DNA from: Octopus sinensis
Lineage: Eukaryota
Direction of reading: 5' to 3'
DNA length: 64,000 bases
Assembly: GCF_006345805.1 (NCBI RefSeq)
Contig: NC_043001.1
Span: forward strand, 16,802,001 to 16,866,000
Shown here: positions 12,805 to 26,863 of the stretch, piece by piece
Position numbering within the stretch: position 1 is the first letter of the stretch
How the letters are laid out: the number at the start of each line of letters is the position of its first letter
Notes under the pieces: model-generated
Databases searched by the model: none
The model's input: only the letters and a program-made list of their open reading frames with translations
What the model was told of the DNA's origin: nothing
Position numbers and translations under genes: made by a program

Positions 12805-13228
12805 AAGAGACATTCAAGGTAGAAGTTTGTGGTGTTAAAACGGGAGACGGATTAAATCTAACTGAATCTAACTTGAGACTAAACAACAACAGCAACAACA
12901 GCAGTAGCAGCAGTCACAACAACAACAACAACAACAACAACAAAAAACAACAACAACAACAACAACAATCTTTATATTTTGTTTTCATTCTTCCAGTCAT
13001 TAGGCTGACAGCGATGTCGGGGCAACCGCTTTGAAGAATTTTTAGTCGAATGTATCGACCAAAAGTTCTATTTTTTTAAAGTCTGATACTCTTTCTATCG
13101 GTCTCTTTTACCGAATCGCTACGCTACAGGGATGTAAACAAACCAACACCGGTTGTCGAGCAGTTTTGGTGGAACAGAGATATACGCACACACTCACTCA
13201 CTTACACACACGCGCACATAGACATCAT

Positions 13229-13275
<47 letters not shown>

Positions 13276-13448
13276 CCACTGGCTTCTTTCACTTTCCTTT
13301 TACCAAATGCACTCACAAGGCATTGATCGACTCGATGCAATATATAAGGCACTTACCGAAAGTGCCATTTTGTGGGACTGAAACCAGAACCATTCGGCTG
13401 GGAAGCAAACTTTCCTACTACACAGCAACATTACAATAGCGAAACGAG

Positions 13449-14062
13449 GGCGGCGAGCTGGCAGAAACGTTATCACGCCGGGCGAAATGCGTAGCCGTAT
13501 TTCGTCTGCCGCTACGTTTTGAGTTCAAATTCCGCCGAGTTCGACTTTGCCTTTCATTCTTTCGGGGTCGATAAATTAAGTACCAGTTACGCACTGGGAT
13601 CGATATAATCGACTTAAGCCATTTGTCTGTCCTTGTTTGTCCTCTCTGTGTTTAGCCCCTTATGGGTAGTAACGAAATAGGTATTTCGTCTACTGTTACG
13701 TTCTGAGTTCAAATTCCGCCGAGGTCGACTATGCCTTTCATCCTTTCGGGGTAAATAAATTAAGTACCAGTTAGGCACAGGAGTCGATATAATCGACTTA
13801 AACCGTTTGTCTGTCCCTGTTTGTCCCATCTATGTTTTACCCCTTGTGGGCAATAAAGAAATAACAAACGTAGCACATCGGGAGAAATGCTTAGCGGTAT
13901 TTCGTCTGTCTTTACGTTCTGAGTTCAAATTCCGCCAAGGTCGACTATGCCTTTCATCCTTTCGGGGTCGATAAATTAACAAACAGTTGCGTACTGGGGT
14001 CGATATAATCGACTGGCCCACTTCCCCCAAAATTTCGGGCCTTGTGCCTAGAGCAGAAAAGA
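13449..14062 (+). mobile_element. SINE family A tandem array (head + 3 bodies)
   Basis: Same consensus as 2676; bodies joined at aaata|ggtatttcgtc and aaata|acaaacgtagc. Confidence 0.9.
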
Positions 14063-14554
14063 ATGTAGCCTTTTCTGTTTGAAACTTCGAAGGAAATGTT
14101 ACTGCTCTATTTGCATATTAAGCAACAACGTAGAAAATCTTGCGTTGGTATTATTGTCAATGTGGCTGTTTATTGTCAGTGTTGCTGTTTAGATATAAGC
14201 AAACTCGATTAAACTTCATAAAAAGTTATATTCTTTGTCACAATACACAACTCGACAACTTGCACAAGTTTGTATAATGTCCCAGCGGAATTGTTCGAAA
14301 ATGTGTTGTTTTGAACTAAAAATGAAATAGAGCTGATCTTCTTAACATTTCAAAGCTTGTAAATACAATAAATATGTCACTGCGTTCTGAGACTTTTACA
14401 TTGACTTCTAAAAATTCTTTTCTTCGGTTATTATTATTCTTATTTTTAGGTCAAAAGCAATAAGTTCACTTGTTCAACATCATTGATTCAAGAAGAAAAG
14501 ACATATATGTTTTTATGGATATTTAATGGAATATCAGCGCTTGCAGTTATGTAG

Positions 14555-14595
<41 letters not shown>

Positions 14596-14596
14596 T

Positions 14597-14629
<33 letters not shown>

Positions 14630-14630
14630 T

Positions 14631-14674
<44 letters not shown>

Positions 14675-14834
14675 AGAGAAGAAATCCTAGTAATAAATTT
14701 GTTTATGTGCATTGTAACAAGGCTGAAAGCCGTATAATAATACAAGAAAATATATACACGCTCATGAACGAGTGTATATCTGTCAGTACATATGTACTTA
14801 TGATATGCACGATGTACGCGTGTGAATGTACGTT

Positions 14835-14875
<41 letters not shown>

Positions 14876-14943
14876 GTGATACAGTGTATGTACCATCTAC
14901 ATATTTATGTATGTGTGGCATGTATATTTGTGCATATATATAT

Positions 14944-14984
<41 letters not shown>

Positions 14985-15397
14985 TTTTATATGCACAAAT
15001 ATTTGTGCATATATATATATATATACATATATATACATATTTATATATGCACAAATATTTGTGCATATCTAAATATGTAGATAGTACATACATTATATCA
15101 CCGTGATCACCATGACCGACGAGGCCATCAGATGTTGCTACACATCGCTGGTCACAATGAGCTTCGCATTGTTTTAGCCTTCAAATGACGCCACTCCGTG
15201 ATAGAAAGTTGTGGCGAAAGAGTACAGCATGGATCGTTACCACCCCCTGCCGGAGCCTCGTGGAGCTTTAGGTGTTTTCGCTCAATAAACATTCACAACG
15301 CCCGGTCTGGGAATCGAAACTGCGATCCTACAACCGCGAGTCCGCTCCTTTAATAACCGGGCTATTGCGCCTCCCCACATACATTATATGTATATAT

Positions 15398-15549
15398 ATT
15401 TTTTCTCTCCTTGTTCTTTCTGTGTCCCTTTCTGTAGAAGAGCGTAGCCTCGAAACGTAAAAAACTTTTTCTCTTCCTGAGCGTTATACTAATACATCTG
15501 TTTGTTTTGCACACCACCTATCTTCGTCTTTTGTCTTTTCGTAAACTCT

Positions 15550-15553
<4 letters not shown>
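15398..15553 (+). mobile_element. Short Penelope-like element with hammerhead-like motif; longer copy 26720-26955
   Basis: cttt-CTGTAGAA-gagc gtag (c/g)ctc-GAA-acgt-a-aaa; both copies end in (TA)n. Confidence 0.6.
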
Positions 15554-15592
<39 letters not shown>

Positions 15593-16730
15593 ACCTATAT
15601 AAACATATATAACCTTGTTCCGTTGATATTTCTATATATGAGAGTGGTGAGATAGAAAAAAAAACGAGTTTTCCCATGGATCAACAATGTACTAAATCCT
15701 AATCCGTAGTACCAGGGACTGCTTGACTGTTACTACGTCACTATTTAGGGAGATAGCTTCGACACAGGTCTTATAGACCTTCACTTCAGCAACGAAGGTC
15801 TCCAACGGAGTTAAATATTGCATTCTGTTAACAATCTCTCCATCCTTGGAGTGCGAAGATAGCTATTGTGTAGGACTGAATATTCCTTAGTAATAGAAGC
15901 TGACAATTTGTGATCTATGTAGTTTTAGTAAAATTCATTAGTTGTCCTGAAGCAGAGCATTGTGTTGGAGACATTTCTTTTCGTAATGTAAATGACCTCA
16001 TAATGTAATACACAACAAAATATGAACTTTTGCATATGTCTGAGCGTTCTGTGAAGCGCGTGGCCTAGTTGCCAGGGTGTTGCACATAGGATCGCATGGT
16101 CATGGTTTGGATTGCTAGACAAGGCGATGCATTGTATTTTTGAGCAAAACATTTAATTTCATGTTGCTCCAGTCAGTTGAGTTGTAAATGAGTAACCTTG
16201 TGACAGACTGGCATCCCGTCCAGGTGTGTAAATGGTGTGATCTCGGTCACTTGTCGGCGTGAAAACTGGGTAACCTGTTGTAGGACTTGAGACAGTAATG
16301 TCCCGAGGTTAACTGTAAGCTTTAGAAAGACGACAAGGCCACCAGACAAGACTCCAATTAGATCTATGTGCCTTGATTCAAAAGGGGATATAAACAACGC
16401 ACAGCTAAATGAGGAAAATTTAGGTTCATCCTCTTTTCTCGGGAAAGTCCTTCATGGCATCAAATAATGTCACAAACTTAACTTTAATTGTTGGACAGAA
16501 CCTCAGCTAGATTGTTCATATTAACAACATACTCAATATGAAGTACTGAATGTAGTCTTAAGATCCTTAAGAGTTTCCAGTGTACAGATCCTGACACATT
16601 TCTTCTCTACCTTTCTCCCGGGACTGCAGCAGTAAGCCTTATCACATCCGACTACACTCGAACGTGTTAAACATGACTTTGCAGGAACATACATTATTCA
16701 ACGCTGTTTCGTACGAAATTCTTCAACACA

Positions 16731-16767
<37 letters not shown>

Positions 16768-17224
16768 ACACACACACACACACATACACACACACACACA
16801 CACACAGAGGAAAGGCATAAATAATGAGCTTTACATATTCCATATTCAGCGGACTGGAGCAACATGAAATTAAATGTGGTCTATCTATAGCAAAGTATAA
16901 TGAAAACAGAAACGGAGCAAAGGTAAATTACGAATTAAGAAATGGCATAATAAACTTTTATTTTATTACTCGGATCGCCTCAAATGTACAGACTATATTC
17001 TGTTCAATATTACTGTGAGCCTCACACCATTTATACAATGTGAGAAATATACCATCCACAAAGCACAAATGATAACGCCATCAACTTTACAAATCATACG
17101 TCCTCGACCTATCCAGTCCTATCCAGTCCCATCAGAAAACCTTTTTTTTTTTAAATCCTGCTTTTTATTTGCTGAATAATGCTGTAATACTGTGAGCGGT
17201 CTAGAGCTTTTCAGATAAGCAAAA

Positions 17225-17330
17225 TCTAGGATTATAGTATCCTTTAGAACATGCGATGTACCTGTCAACAAAATCTCACCTTATTATAGAGCAGGGACGT
17301 CCTGAGCCCTTGAGTTTTCAGGTAAATCAG
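17225..17330 (-). pseudogene. Decayed RLE-type non-LTR retrotransposon 3' end
   Basis: Minus strand ILLTGTSHVLKDT, similar to IVLTGTSHVLRRAL at 38177-38476. Confidence 0.5.
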
Positions 17331-18463
17331 AAAAGGAAAGTGGAACCTAAAGCAATATGGCTTTTGACTGTTGGATTTCTTGCAGTCATATTTAACGTCA
17401 AGTAGTGTAATTGATGCGCAATTTACAGATCCTTGGAACAAGCAATATTCTCTGAGAAAGAAAAAAGAACGTTTTCAATAATTGCAAGATGTCTGTTATG
17501 TGGGAACTCCGTAAATACGTTTTGTCAATTATCTAAAACACGCATGTTTACATCTTTCGAACCCGCGATCAGCTCTGAATACAAACTCACCTTACTAACA
17601 CACCAATGAAGATTGGCTTGACCAGTGTGTTCACATATTCAGCCATGAAAGGTTTGTTTTTTTCAACAGAAATACCCATCGCTATTTAATTAGGAATTTT
17701 CAAATACCAGCCATTAACATAGATTGTTTCATTTTGAAATACCAGCCATTAAAATACATTCTTTCCTACGTTATGGATTTACCTTACTCTGAAAAAGTTG
17801 GAGGTGCGTGACCTAGTGGTTAGCGTGTTGGACTTATGACTATAAGATGATGGTGGTTTAAATTTCTGGCCCAGGCAACACGTTGTGTTCTTGAGCAAAA
17901 CACTTTGTTCCATGTTGCTCCAGCCCACTCGGCTGGCACTATTGAGTAATCTTGCGATGGAACGACGTCCCGTTCAGGGAGCGGGTAATACATGCGTCAC
18001 GGAATCCAGGAAACCGGTTCTATAGTTCTATATCACCTAGGAAGGGGCTTAACCTGAAAGATGGTTATAGATTTTTTAAAATACAATAGAATATGTGCCA
18101 TTATTTTTGTGTGATTTATACACATCATACTGAATACATCAACACATCGTATGCCTCGGCACGTGAATAGATGGAGGTGTCAAATGTTCTGCGCATAACT
18201 TTGTTTATGAATATGTCATTCATTAAGTAATGTATTTCTCGACAACCAATCAAATCTCGAGGCACTGTTGGCTATTCATATTTCAAAGTTTTAGGATTAT
18301 TTTGTTTATATACCGTCACCGTCACACTGCTTCCCTGATTCAATCTCTTCAAAAATCGGTAACATGATACTAAGAATTACGAATCAAGAAGATTGGAGTT
18401 CTTCCTCTCAATCCCTCTCTCTCCCTTCTCTCTCCCCTCCCCCATCTCTCCTCTCTCTCTCTG

Positions 18464-18499
<36 letters not shown>

Positions 18500-19239
18500 A
18501 TATGTATATATATATATAGATACATATATGTATCTATATATATATATATGTATATGTGTGTATATATATGTATACACACACATACATATATATATTCATG
18601 TATATATATATATATATATTCATGTGTATATATATGCATGTATGTATATATCTGTATATATGTATGTGCGTGAGAGCGGGAGATATAAACATTCTCCGTA
18701 TAAAGATGTAAAGTATTGGGTATATCATTTTCTAAGTAGGAAAATATCTCCTGTGCATTTAAGAAATTTGATATGGGTGTATACATACATAAATATATTC
18801 ATATATGCGTATGTACGCATGTGTGTGTGTTCGTGTGCGTGTATGAGTATATGTGTGTGTTTGTATGTTTGTATGTGTGTATTGGACTGTGTGAGCGCGT
18901 ATGACTGACAGTGTGTGTGCCTGAAAGGCCTAATATCCCCCAAAATGCTTGGAAATGGAATATGTTTTGTGGGGTTCATGTCAAGGGGTTCTATTAGAAA
19001 GGCAACATCGAGGAAGTTACTTGACCGGCTAATTAATCCTTTCCGAGCGTACGGTATATATATATATTTCAGGACCCCCTTCGGTCACGGCACTGACCAT
19101 GGGATTGCACCTAGAAAGTTACCCTCCTAGTCACAAGTCTGGGCAAGGTGGTTTATGGAAGACCAGCAGTCGCCCAAGCATACCGGCCTCCCCTCTCCAC
19201 GCCACCAGTGTTATCCAAGGGAAAGGCATATATATATAT

Positions 19240-19275
<36 letters not shown>

Positions 19276-19650
19276 CAAGCCCACACGTACGGATACACAT
19301 GCACGGACGCACAAACAGACAAACAGAGACACAAACACAGACATGTTTATTTAAGTTTTGCAAGGAATGTGTTGACAGTTACGTCAAAGTTTCGACCTGT
19401 TTGCCTTCGTCAGACTGTGGAAGGCAAGCATACCGAAATTACGCATTCACTGCAAATACTTACTGAGCGTTACTCTCTATTAAAATTACTGAGTGACTGT
19501 TCAGCTCAATGTTAATTTTTTTAATGTGTAACTTGGCATAAGGGCAAACTTGATCTGAGAACATAATCTTTTGTGGAGAATGGCGATTTGACGTCTATAT
19601 CTAGCATGTTGACTGTCCACTTTTCGTGTTCAGTCCTTAATTGGTATATA

Positions 19651-19687
<37 letters not shown>

Positions 19688-19855
19688 TACTACTACTACT
19701 AATATAGGATGAAGTTTTTTACAGAAAAAATTTCATCAAAAAGTAGCAGCATATCAAAATATCTTTAAAGGTTAAAATTATAAACAACTTATAAACAAAG
19801 GCAAAGGCAAGGGCATAGAAATAATTTTCTTTTGCCCTTGTTTATAAGTTGTATA

Positions 19856-19913
<58 letters not shown>

Positions 19914-19919
19914 ATATAT

Positions 19920-20192
19920 AGTAGTTGTATACTGTCAACTTAATGTGACAGTCCCATGAAGGAAATTACATCACTGCTATTTAGCCCTAGGAAGCATCAA
20001 TGTTTCCTGTCGGCCTTGACACGATTCCTCTGTCCTTACCTGGGTTGGGGTGCTTGTTTCCCTCTTGTAAACATAAAGACACAGGAGGTGTGTCAAGGCC
20101 GACAGGAAGCGTAGATGCTTCCTTGGGCTAAATAGCAGTGGTGTAATTTCCTTCATGGGTCTGTCACTTTAAGTTGACAATATACAACTACT
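19920..20192. repeat. Imperfect palindrome (~115-bp arms); same family as the ribozyme-bearing element at 50156-50400
   Basis: agtagttgtatactgtcaac...ggccttgacac / gtgtcaaggcc...gttgacaatatacaactact. The rc of 20043-20192 matches 50156-50305. Confidence 0.85.
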
Positions 20193-20275
20193 CTATCGTA
20201 CCACTACTGCTTATATCTCTCTGAAATATTTAGAAATGTAATATCTATACATACATACATACATACATACATACA

Positions 20276-20351
<76 letters not shown>

Positions 20352-21674
20352 ATATATATATATGTGTGTATATATACATACATACACATGCATAATATCC
20401 ATAGATCAAGTGTAGGACTAAAGTTAACTTCACGTAATCCGTAGTAGATACAAAAACAGCAAAGTTCAGGGACAACAGTGGTTTATTGAGACGGAAGGTT
20501 GTGGATTTTTTCGTATCAAAGTACGATAAACTGCAAAACGCTCTCGTATATATACGAAAGGATGAAAGGCAAAGTCGACCTCGGCACAATTTGAACTCAG
20601 AACGTAACGGCCAGTCGAAATACCTATTTCTATTTCTTTACTACCCACAAGGGGCTAGGCACAGAGAGGACAAACAAGGACAGACAAATGGATTAAGTCG
20701 ATTATATCGACCCCAGTGCGTAACTGGTACTTAATTTATCGACCCCAAAAAGGGTGAAAAGCAAAGTCGACCTCGGCGCAATTTGAACTCAGAACGTAAC
20801 GGCAGACGAAATACGGCTACGCAATTCGCCCGGCGTGCTAACGTTTCTACCAGCTCGCCGCCAAGCAGGATTAGAAGAGATCAATGACTCTAATTGTTCG
20901 AGTCATCAAGAGATTACGTATAATTGTAACTTAAGATAGAATGAAAATGATTGGCCGGATGGAAATTGTTTAGACTGGAATTAGTCATCAAACGACTCTG
21001 AATTTGCATCTGTCAAATGTAAGGACAGTTATGAAAAAACGGAGAGAAACTTGACAGATAAATGTATCAGATTACTAAGGTAAATGTGTCACAAATGAGT
21101 TATTCTCTGATAAATTACTGAAAGAATGAGATTACTGTAGGTATTCGTGTTTCAGTCACACGTGGAGGCGCAATGGCACAGTGGTTAGGGCAGCGGACTC
21201 TCGGTCGTAGGATCGCGGTTTCGATTCCCCGACCGGGCGAGTGTTATTGAGGAAAACACTAAAGCTCCACGAGGCTCCGGCAGGGTGGTGGTGATCCCTG
21301 CTGTACTCTTTCACCACAACTTTCTCTCACTCTTACTTGTTTCTGTTGTACCTGTATTTCAAAGGGCCGGCCTTGTCACTCTCTGTGTCACGCTGAATAT
21401 CCCCGAGAACTACGTTAATGGTACACGTGTCTGTGGAGTGCTCAGCCACTTACACGTTAATTTCACGAGCAGGCTGTTCCGTTGATCGGATCAACCGGAA
21501 CCCTCGTCGTCGTAACCGACGGAGTGCTTCCTTCCCCTTCAGTCACACTGCTTTATATGTTATTTTGATCGAAAAAACTTGAGGTGCGAACTGGTTCTTG
21601 GGGCAAAGGTAAAGCTTTGATGGGAAACAATTTGTACTGAGATTTAACATTAAATTAGGTATTCGACATACTCT

Positions 21675-22077
21675 TTTACTCTTTTACTTGTTTCAGTCTT
21701 GTGACTGTGGCCATGCAGGAGCACCGCCCTTAGTCGAGCAAATCGACCCCAGAACTTATTCTTTGGAAGCCTAGTACTTATTCTATCGGTCTCTTTTGCC
21801 GAACCGCTAAGTTACGGGGACGTAAACACACCAGCATCGGTTGTCAAGCGATGTTGGGGACAAACAGAGACACACAAACATATATACACAAACATATATA
21901 TACATATATATACGACGGGCTTCTTTCAGTTGCCGTCGCCCAAATCCACTCACAAAGCTTTGGTCAGCCCGAGGCTATAGTAGAAGACACTTGCCGAAGG
22001 TGCCACGCAGTGGGACAGAACCCGGAACCATGTGGTTCGTAAGCAAGCTACTTACCACACAGCCACTCCTACGCCTA
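21675..22077 (-). mobile_element. SINE family C (tRNA-derived, internal microsatellite); also 35282-35678 (+), 40500-40943 (-), 40978-41480 (+), 12990-13430 (-), 63100-63495 (-)
   Basis: ggcgtaggagtggctgtgtggtaag...ggttccgggttc head, shared body ...gaccgatagaataagtactaggc..., tail gaaacaagtaaaag. Confidence 0.9.
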
Positions 22078-22560
22078 CATATATACGAATACATATGATA
22101 GTAAAGTGAATGAAAGACTTGTGTGAAGAAAATAATCAACAAATATGAGCTGTTTAATGAAACGCAGTTCTGTAATTATAAAAATTTCATTGACGAATCT
22201 GGCTCCGAATGGCGGACTAACGATAGAATATAAAGTATTTGATTCACTCCCAGAATTAACTCTGAGTTCTTTATACGAAGTGACTTCCTTTGGACTTATC
22301 AATCCTTTGAAAAAATTAACGTTGTGTTTATTAGTAAAAAAAAAATATATTTAAGCATGATTTTAATAAGAAACAATTTACAAAATTCTTGAACGCTTTG
22401 AATAAGTCACCATTCAGGCCATAATGAAGTGGACTGGTTTTGCGCAGATATGTTGGGTTTTTCTTTTATTCCACCTCACTTAAGGAAGTATCTTCAATAG
22501 AAAATCAAAGCAAAATATGCTTACATACATACACACTTACATACATGCATACATCCATAC

Positions 22561-22990
22561 ATAAGGTTTATACCTGTAATTATTGGGGTCCTGAGATATG
22601 CAACACACTGCATAAATACCAATCTTGAGGAATTAGGCTTCTCAAAACCAGAAAGGAGACAGCTAATTCGAAGATTACAGATTCAATCCATCACTTGAAC
22701 TGTAAAAATCTGTAAAACCTTCCAGAAGTTTATCATTTAAATATATATGAGCATGTCTACATATGCAACTATAGCATGAGAATACATACATAAAACAAAA
22801 CATACAAATCTGCACATATACATTCATACATACATACATACATACATACCTACATACATACATACATACATACAACAAAATACCCTGTTGTTGGTGTTGA
22901 AATTCCAATGAATGAGCCTTGGATCTAGGTTAGAAACCGACTCTTTCCCTATTAGCAAGAAACCTTGAAATAAAACTGAAGAATAACATA
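22561..22990 (+). pseudogene. RLE-type non-LTR retrotransposon 3' fragment amid (TACA)n
   Basis: Reads RFIPVIIGVLRYATHCINTNLEELGFSKPERRQLIRRLQIQSIT*TVKICKTFQKF (PVIIG.LG-like motif); (TACA)n on both sides. Confidence 0.55.
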
Positions 22991-24012
22991 CACACACGCA
23001 CACTTACATGCATGTGATTTTTGTATATGTATGTATACATATATATATATATATATCTATATATGATATATATATATATATATATTATCAAATTATAGAA
23101 TAAAATATATGCATATAAATACAGACCATGTATTGTAAATAAACACGATCATACATACGTATATACATACAAACACACATACACATATGCAAATGTATAT
23201 GCTTATATGCATACATGTGTGCGCATGCATGTGTGAGTTTGTTTATGCATGTGTGCATATATATGTGCGTATGTATGAACATGTGTGTATATGTGTGTTA
23301 GTGCGTATGTGCATACAAAAACAGTAAAGATTTAGACTAGGCTCCACAAGCAAATAATGCTGGAACCTTAAATAAAACCCTTAAACAAAATCTGGCTCAT
23401 TCATGTTGGTATTCAACTTCCGGAAACATGTTACCCCCCTTCTCTCCCTTTCGTGCCTCTTTCTCTCCTCGACTTCCCGACATATGACATATGGAATCCA
23501 CATTACTATTTAATTGCCAGATTAGATTTCAGAAACTTTAAAACTGATACACTTATTTCTGTGTCCAACTGGTGCGCCGATGGATTTTGCCACACACTCG
23601 ATGTATATGTTAAAATAAACAATTTGCATTTCTTTATTTGTGTTTGTTAATATGGGTGTATACCTATATAGATGTAACCGTTAGTGCATGTTACTGGATA
23701 ACGGTCATTAATACCTTGTGCTGTGGAAGTGAAGGAAATTTGAGAATACCCCAAACTGGAGGAATAAAATACATATTCAAAATAAATTTAGACTTATACG
23801 CAAGTTCTTATATTATTTCTTTATTGCCCACAAGAGGCTAAACATAGAGCGGACAAACAAGGACAGACAAAGGGATTAAGTCGATTGCATCGGTCCCAGT
23901 GCGTAACAAGTGCTTAATTTATCGACCTCGAGAGGATGAAAGGCAAAGTCGACCTCGGCAAAATTTGAACTCAGAGCGTAGCGGCAGCCGAAATACCGCT
24001 AAGCATGTATAC

Positions 24013-24043
<31 letters not shown>

Positions 24044-24051
24044 TTATATAT

Positions 24052-24086
<35 letters not shown>

Positions 24087-24109
24087 ATATGTTATATATT
24101 ATATAAATG

Positions 24110-24140
<31 letters not shown>

Positions 24141-24147
24141 CATTTAT

Positions 24148-24204
<57 letters not shown>

Positions 24205-24298
24205 TTATTATATATATATATATATGTGTGTGTGTATATATGTATATATATAAATGTTATATATATATATATATATATACATTTATATAATATATATG

Positions 24299-24329
<31 letters not shown>

Positions 24330-25134
24330 ATATATATATATAATATATATATACATCTATATATATACATACACCACACACACATACACATATATATATA
24401 TAATGGCTTGGTAGCAATTTTGGTGGCATTGATTCCTAGTGTAGACATAAGGACACACATGCTTAGGAAAAGATCTGCTGATTTGATATTGGTGATAAGC
24501 AGTGTCTATTTATTTCTTTACCACTCCATAGTATATCGAATGCATTTAAGTGGCCTTCTTTTTATATTATTGACCAAATCGAGGTTTCCACTCGGAACTT
24601 AAAGAACTGATTCCGCTGACAACCGACCTATTAATAATTAATATCTATCGCTGTCACAAATCTTCAAATATGGAGGTGGAGTTAGTCGATTCAATTATAA
24701 CTAGCATTTTAATATTTGATTAGTATTTGATCTTTATCGATCAGAGCAGGATGAAATGCGTGCGATTGGAAATTAGAATATCAGAGTATCACAGTATCGA
24801 CAAGATTATCGGATATTGTTGTACATCGATGATTACCATGCGCTTCACATTGTTTTAGATTTCGAATGACGACATCCCGCTGGCTAAGCGAACAGGCCAA
24901 CGTTCCCCTTGACCGGAAAACGTTCCCTTTGCCCATTTACACATGATTGGACTGAAGAAATGTAAAATGAAGTGTTTTACCCAAGAAAATAACGTGCTGC
25001 TCCGTCCGGGAATCGAACTTATGACCTAGCTATCGTGAGTGCAATACCTTAACCATTAAGTTAAGTGCCTTTACGAACTCAGAATATGAAAACTAGAAAG
25101 AAATACTAGAAGGATATTTTTCCTATGCTCTGGT

Positions 25135-25910
25135 GTTTCTTATTTCTTTTCTGCCCACAAAGGGCTACACAAAGAGGGGACAAACAAGGACAGACAATCG
25201 GATTAAGTCGATTACGTCGACTCCAGTGCGTAACTGGTACTTAATATATCGACCCCGAAAGGATGAAAAGCAAAGTCGACATCGGCGGAATTTGAACTCA
25301 GAACGTAACGACAGACGAAATACCTATTTCTTTACTACCCACAAGGGGCTAAACGCAGAGAGAACAAAGAATGACAGACAAACGGATTAAGTCGATTATA
25401 TCGACCCCAGTGCGTAACTGGTACTTAATTTATCGTCACCGAAAGGACGAAAGGCAAAGTGGACCTCGGCGGAATTTGAACTCAGATGGAAGTGGCAGAC
25501 GAAATGCCTATTTCTTTACTACCCACAAGGGGTTAAATACAGAGAGAACAAACAAGGACAGACAAACGGATTAAGTCAAATACGTCGACCCTAGTGCGTA
25601 ACTGGTACTTAATTTATCGACCCCGAAAGGATGAAAGGCAAAGTCGACCTCGGCGGAATTTAAATCAGAACGTAACGGCAGACGAAATACCTGTTTCTTT
25701 ATTGCCCCACAAGGGGCTAAACATAGAGGGGACAAACAAGGACAGACATAGGTATTAAGACGATTACATCGACCCCAGTGCGTAACTGGTACTTAATTTA
25801 TCGACCCCGAAAGGATGAAAAGCGGAATTTGAACTCACAGCGTAACGACAGACGAAATACGGCTACGGATTTCTCCCGGCGTGCTAACGATTCTGCCAGC
25901 TCGCCGCCTT
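25135..25910 (-). repeat. SINE family A tandem array: four ~181-185-bp units plus one head
   Basis: Units start near 25141, 25325, 25510 and 25691; single head ...ctgccagctcgccgcc near 25908. Confidence 0.9.
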
Positions 25911-26409
25911 AAATGCTCCGGCGTTTCTGCCAATCCACCTGCTTTAATGATTTCCAATCTTGGCAATGGTGATTCGTGCATTTCAGCAGAATGCTGTGGT
26001 CGAGGCATAGGAAAGTTTTTTTGGGCAGCGGACCTTTCGACACATTGCTAATCATAAATCCGGATTACGAAGGACAGTATGCACCAAATATTAAACTAAG
26101 CAAATTGTACCAGAGAAACTGTGAGTTAATGAGTGAAAGAAACAAAATTAGTCATAGGAACAGAATCGGACTAAATTCTGGATTAGTTCTTAATTTATTG
26201 ACCGGACAAAGAACTTAACTATGAATATAAGGATGTTACTGCACAACCGCATAATGCACAAGAGCTTCAACATACACAACCACGCGCGCGCACTCCCCGA
26301 AACATACAGATACAGTCACACATAAGCACAAAGATTCGAGGTATCAGCTCCTCAAAAACAGCCAACAGATATTCAAATCAATATATTTTGACTACTTTTC
26401 CTTGGAGCT

Positions 26410-26720
26410 GGGACACAATATGAGTGACGAAAAGAGATGAGACGCATAAATCAGGAGGGGGTGAGTTGAGACGGCAGAAAAGCCAGATCACTCCAAGAAG
26501 CAGTGGCAAATATTGTTGCAACAGAAAAAAGTAAAGTAAAAATAGGTAACATCACGTGTGCGCCAATGTTTGGAATGTGTTCGTTAACGGTTCAATGTTA
26601 ATTAGTTGAGCAACTTCAGTTGGATGTTGTCTAACATATCTGCGTTTGTAGCAACTGCCCAAGCCCAGATGTAGGAAAATTACTCTAAAGTATTCCTCAT
26701 CTGAGCTTTGTACATAGTTT
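26410..26720 (-). pseudogene. Decayed CR1/Jockey-group LINE, post-RT region
   Basis: Minus strand YKAQMRNTLE*FSYIWAWAVATNADMLDNIQ resembles the LYKAQIRP.LEY.S.IW motif. Confidence 0.55.
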
Positions 26721-26827
26721 GTGTATTTTGGAGTCTTATTTGATTACTTTAAAAATTCGCGATAGCTCGGTAACCACTACACATTTTTTTTCTTTCCTTG
26801 TTTCTCTCCTCGTTTCTTTCTGTGTTC

Positions 26828-26863
26828 CTTTCTGTAGAAGAGCGTAGGCTCGAAACGTAAAAG
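26828..26863 (+). ncRNA. Minimal type I hammerhead-like motif (CUGUAGAA core)
   Basis: Stem I cttt/aaag, stem II gagc-gtag-gctc, GAA, palindromic stem III acgt, GUA triplet. Confidence 0.5.

Noticed and set aside
25135-25910. CRISPR-like or satellite periodicity
   Set aside because: Units are SINE bodies found dispersed throughout the window; no unique spacers; eukaryotic context.
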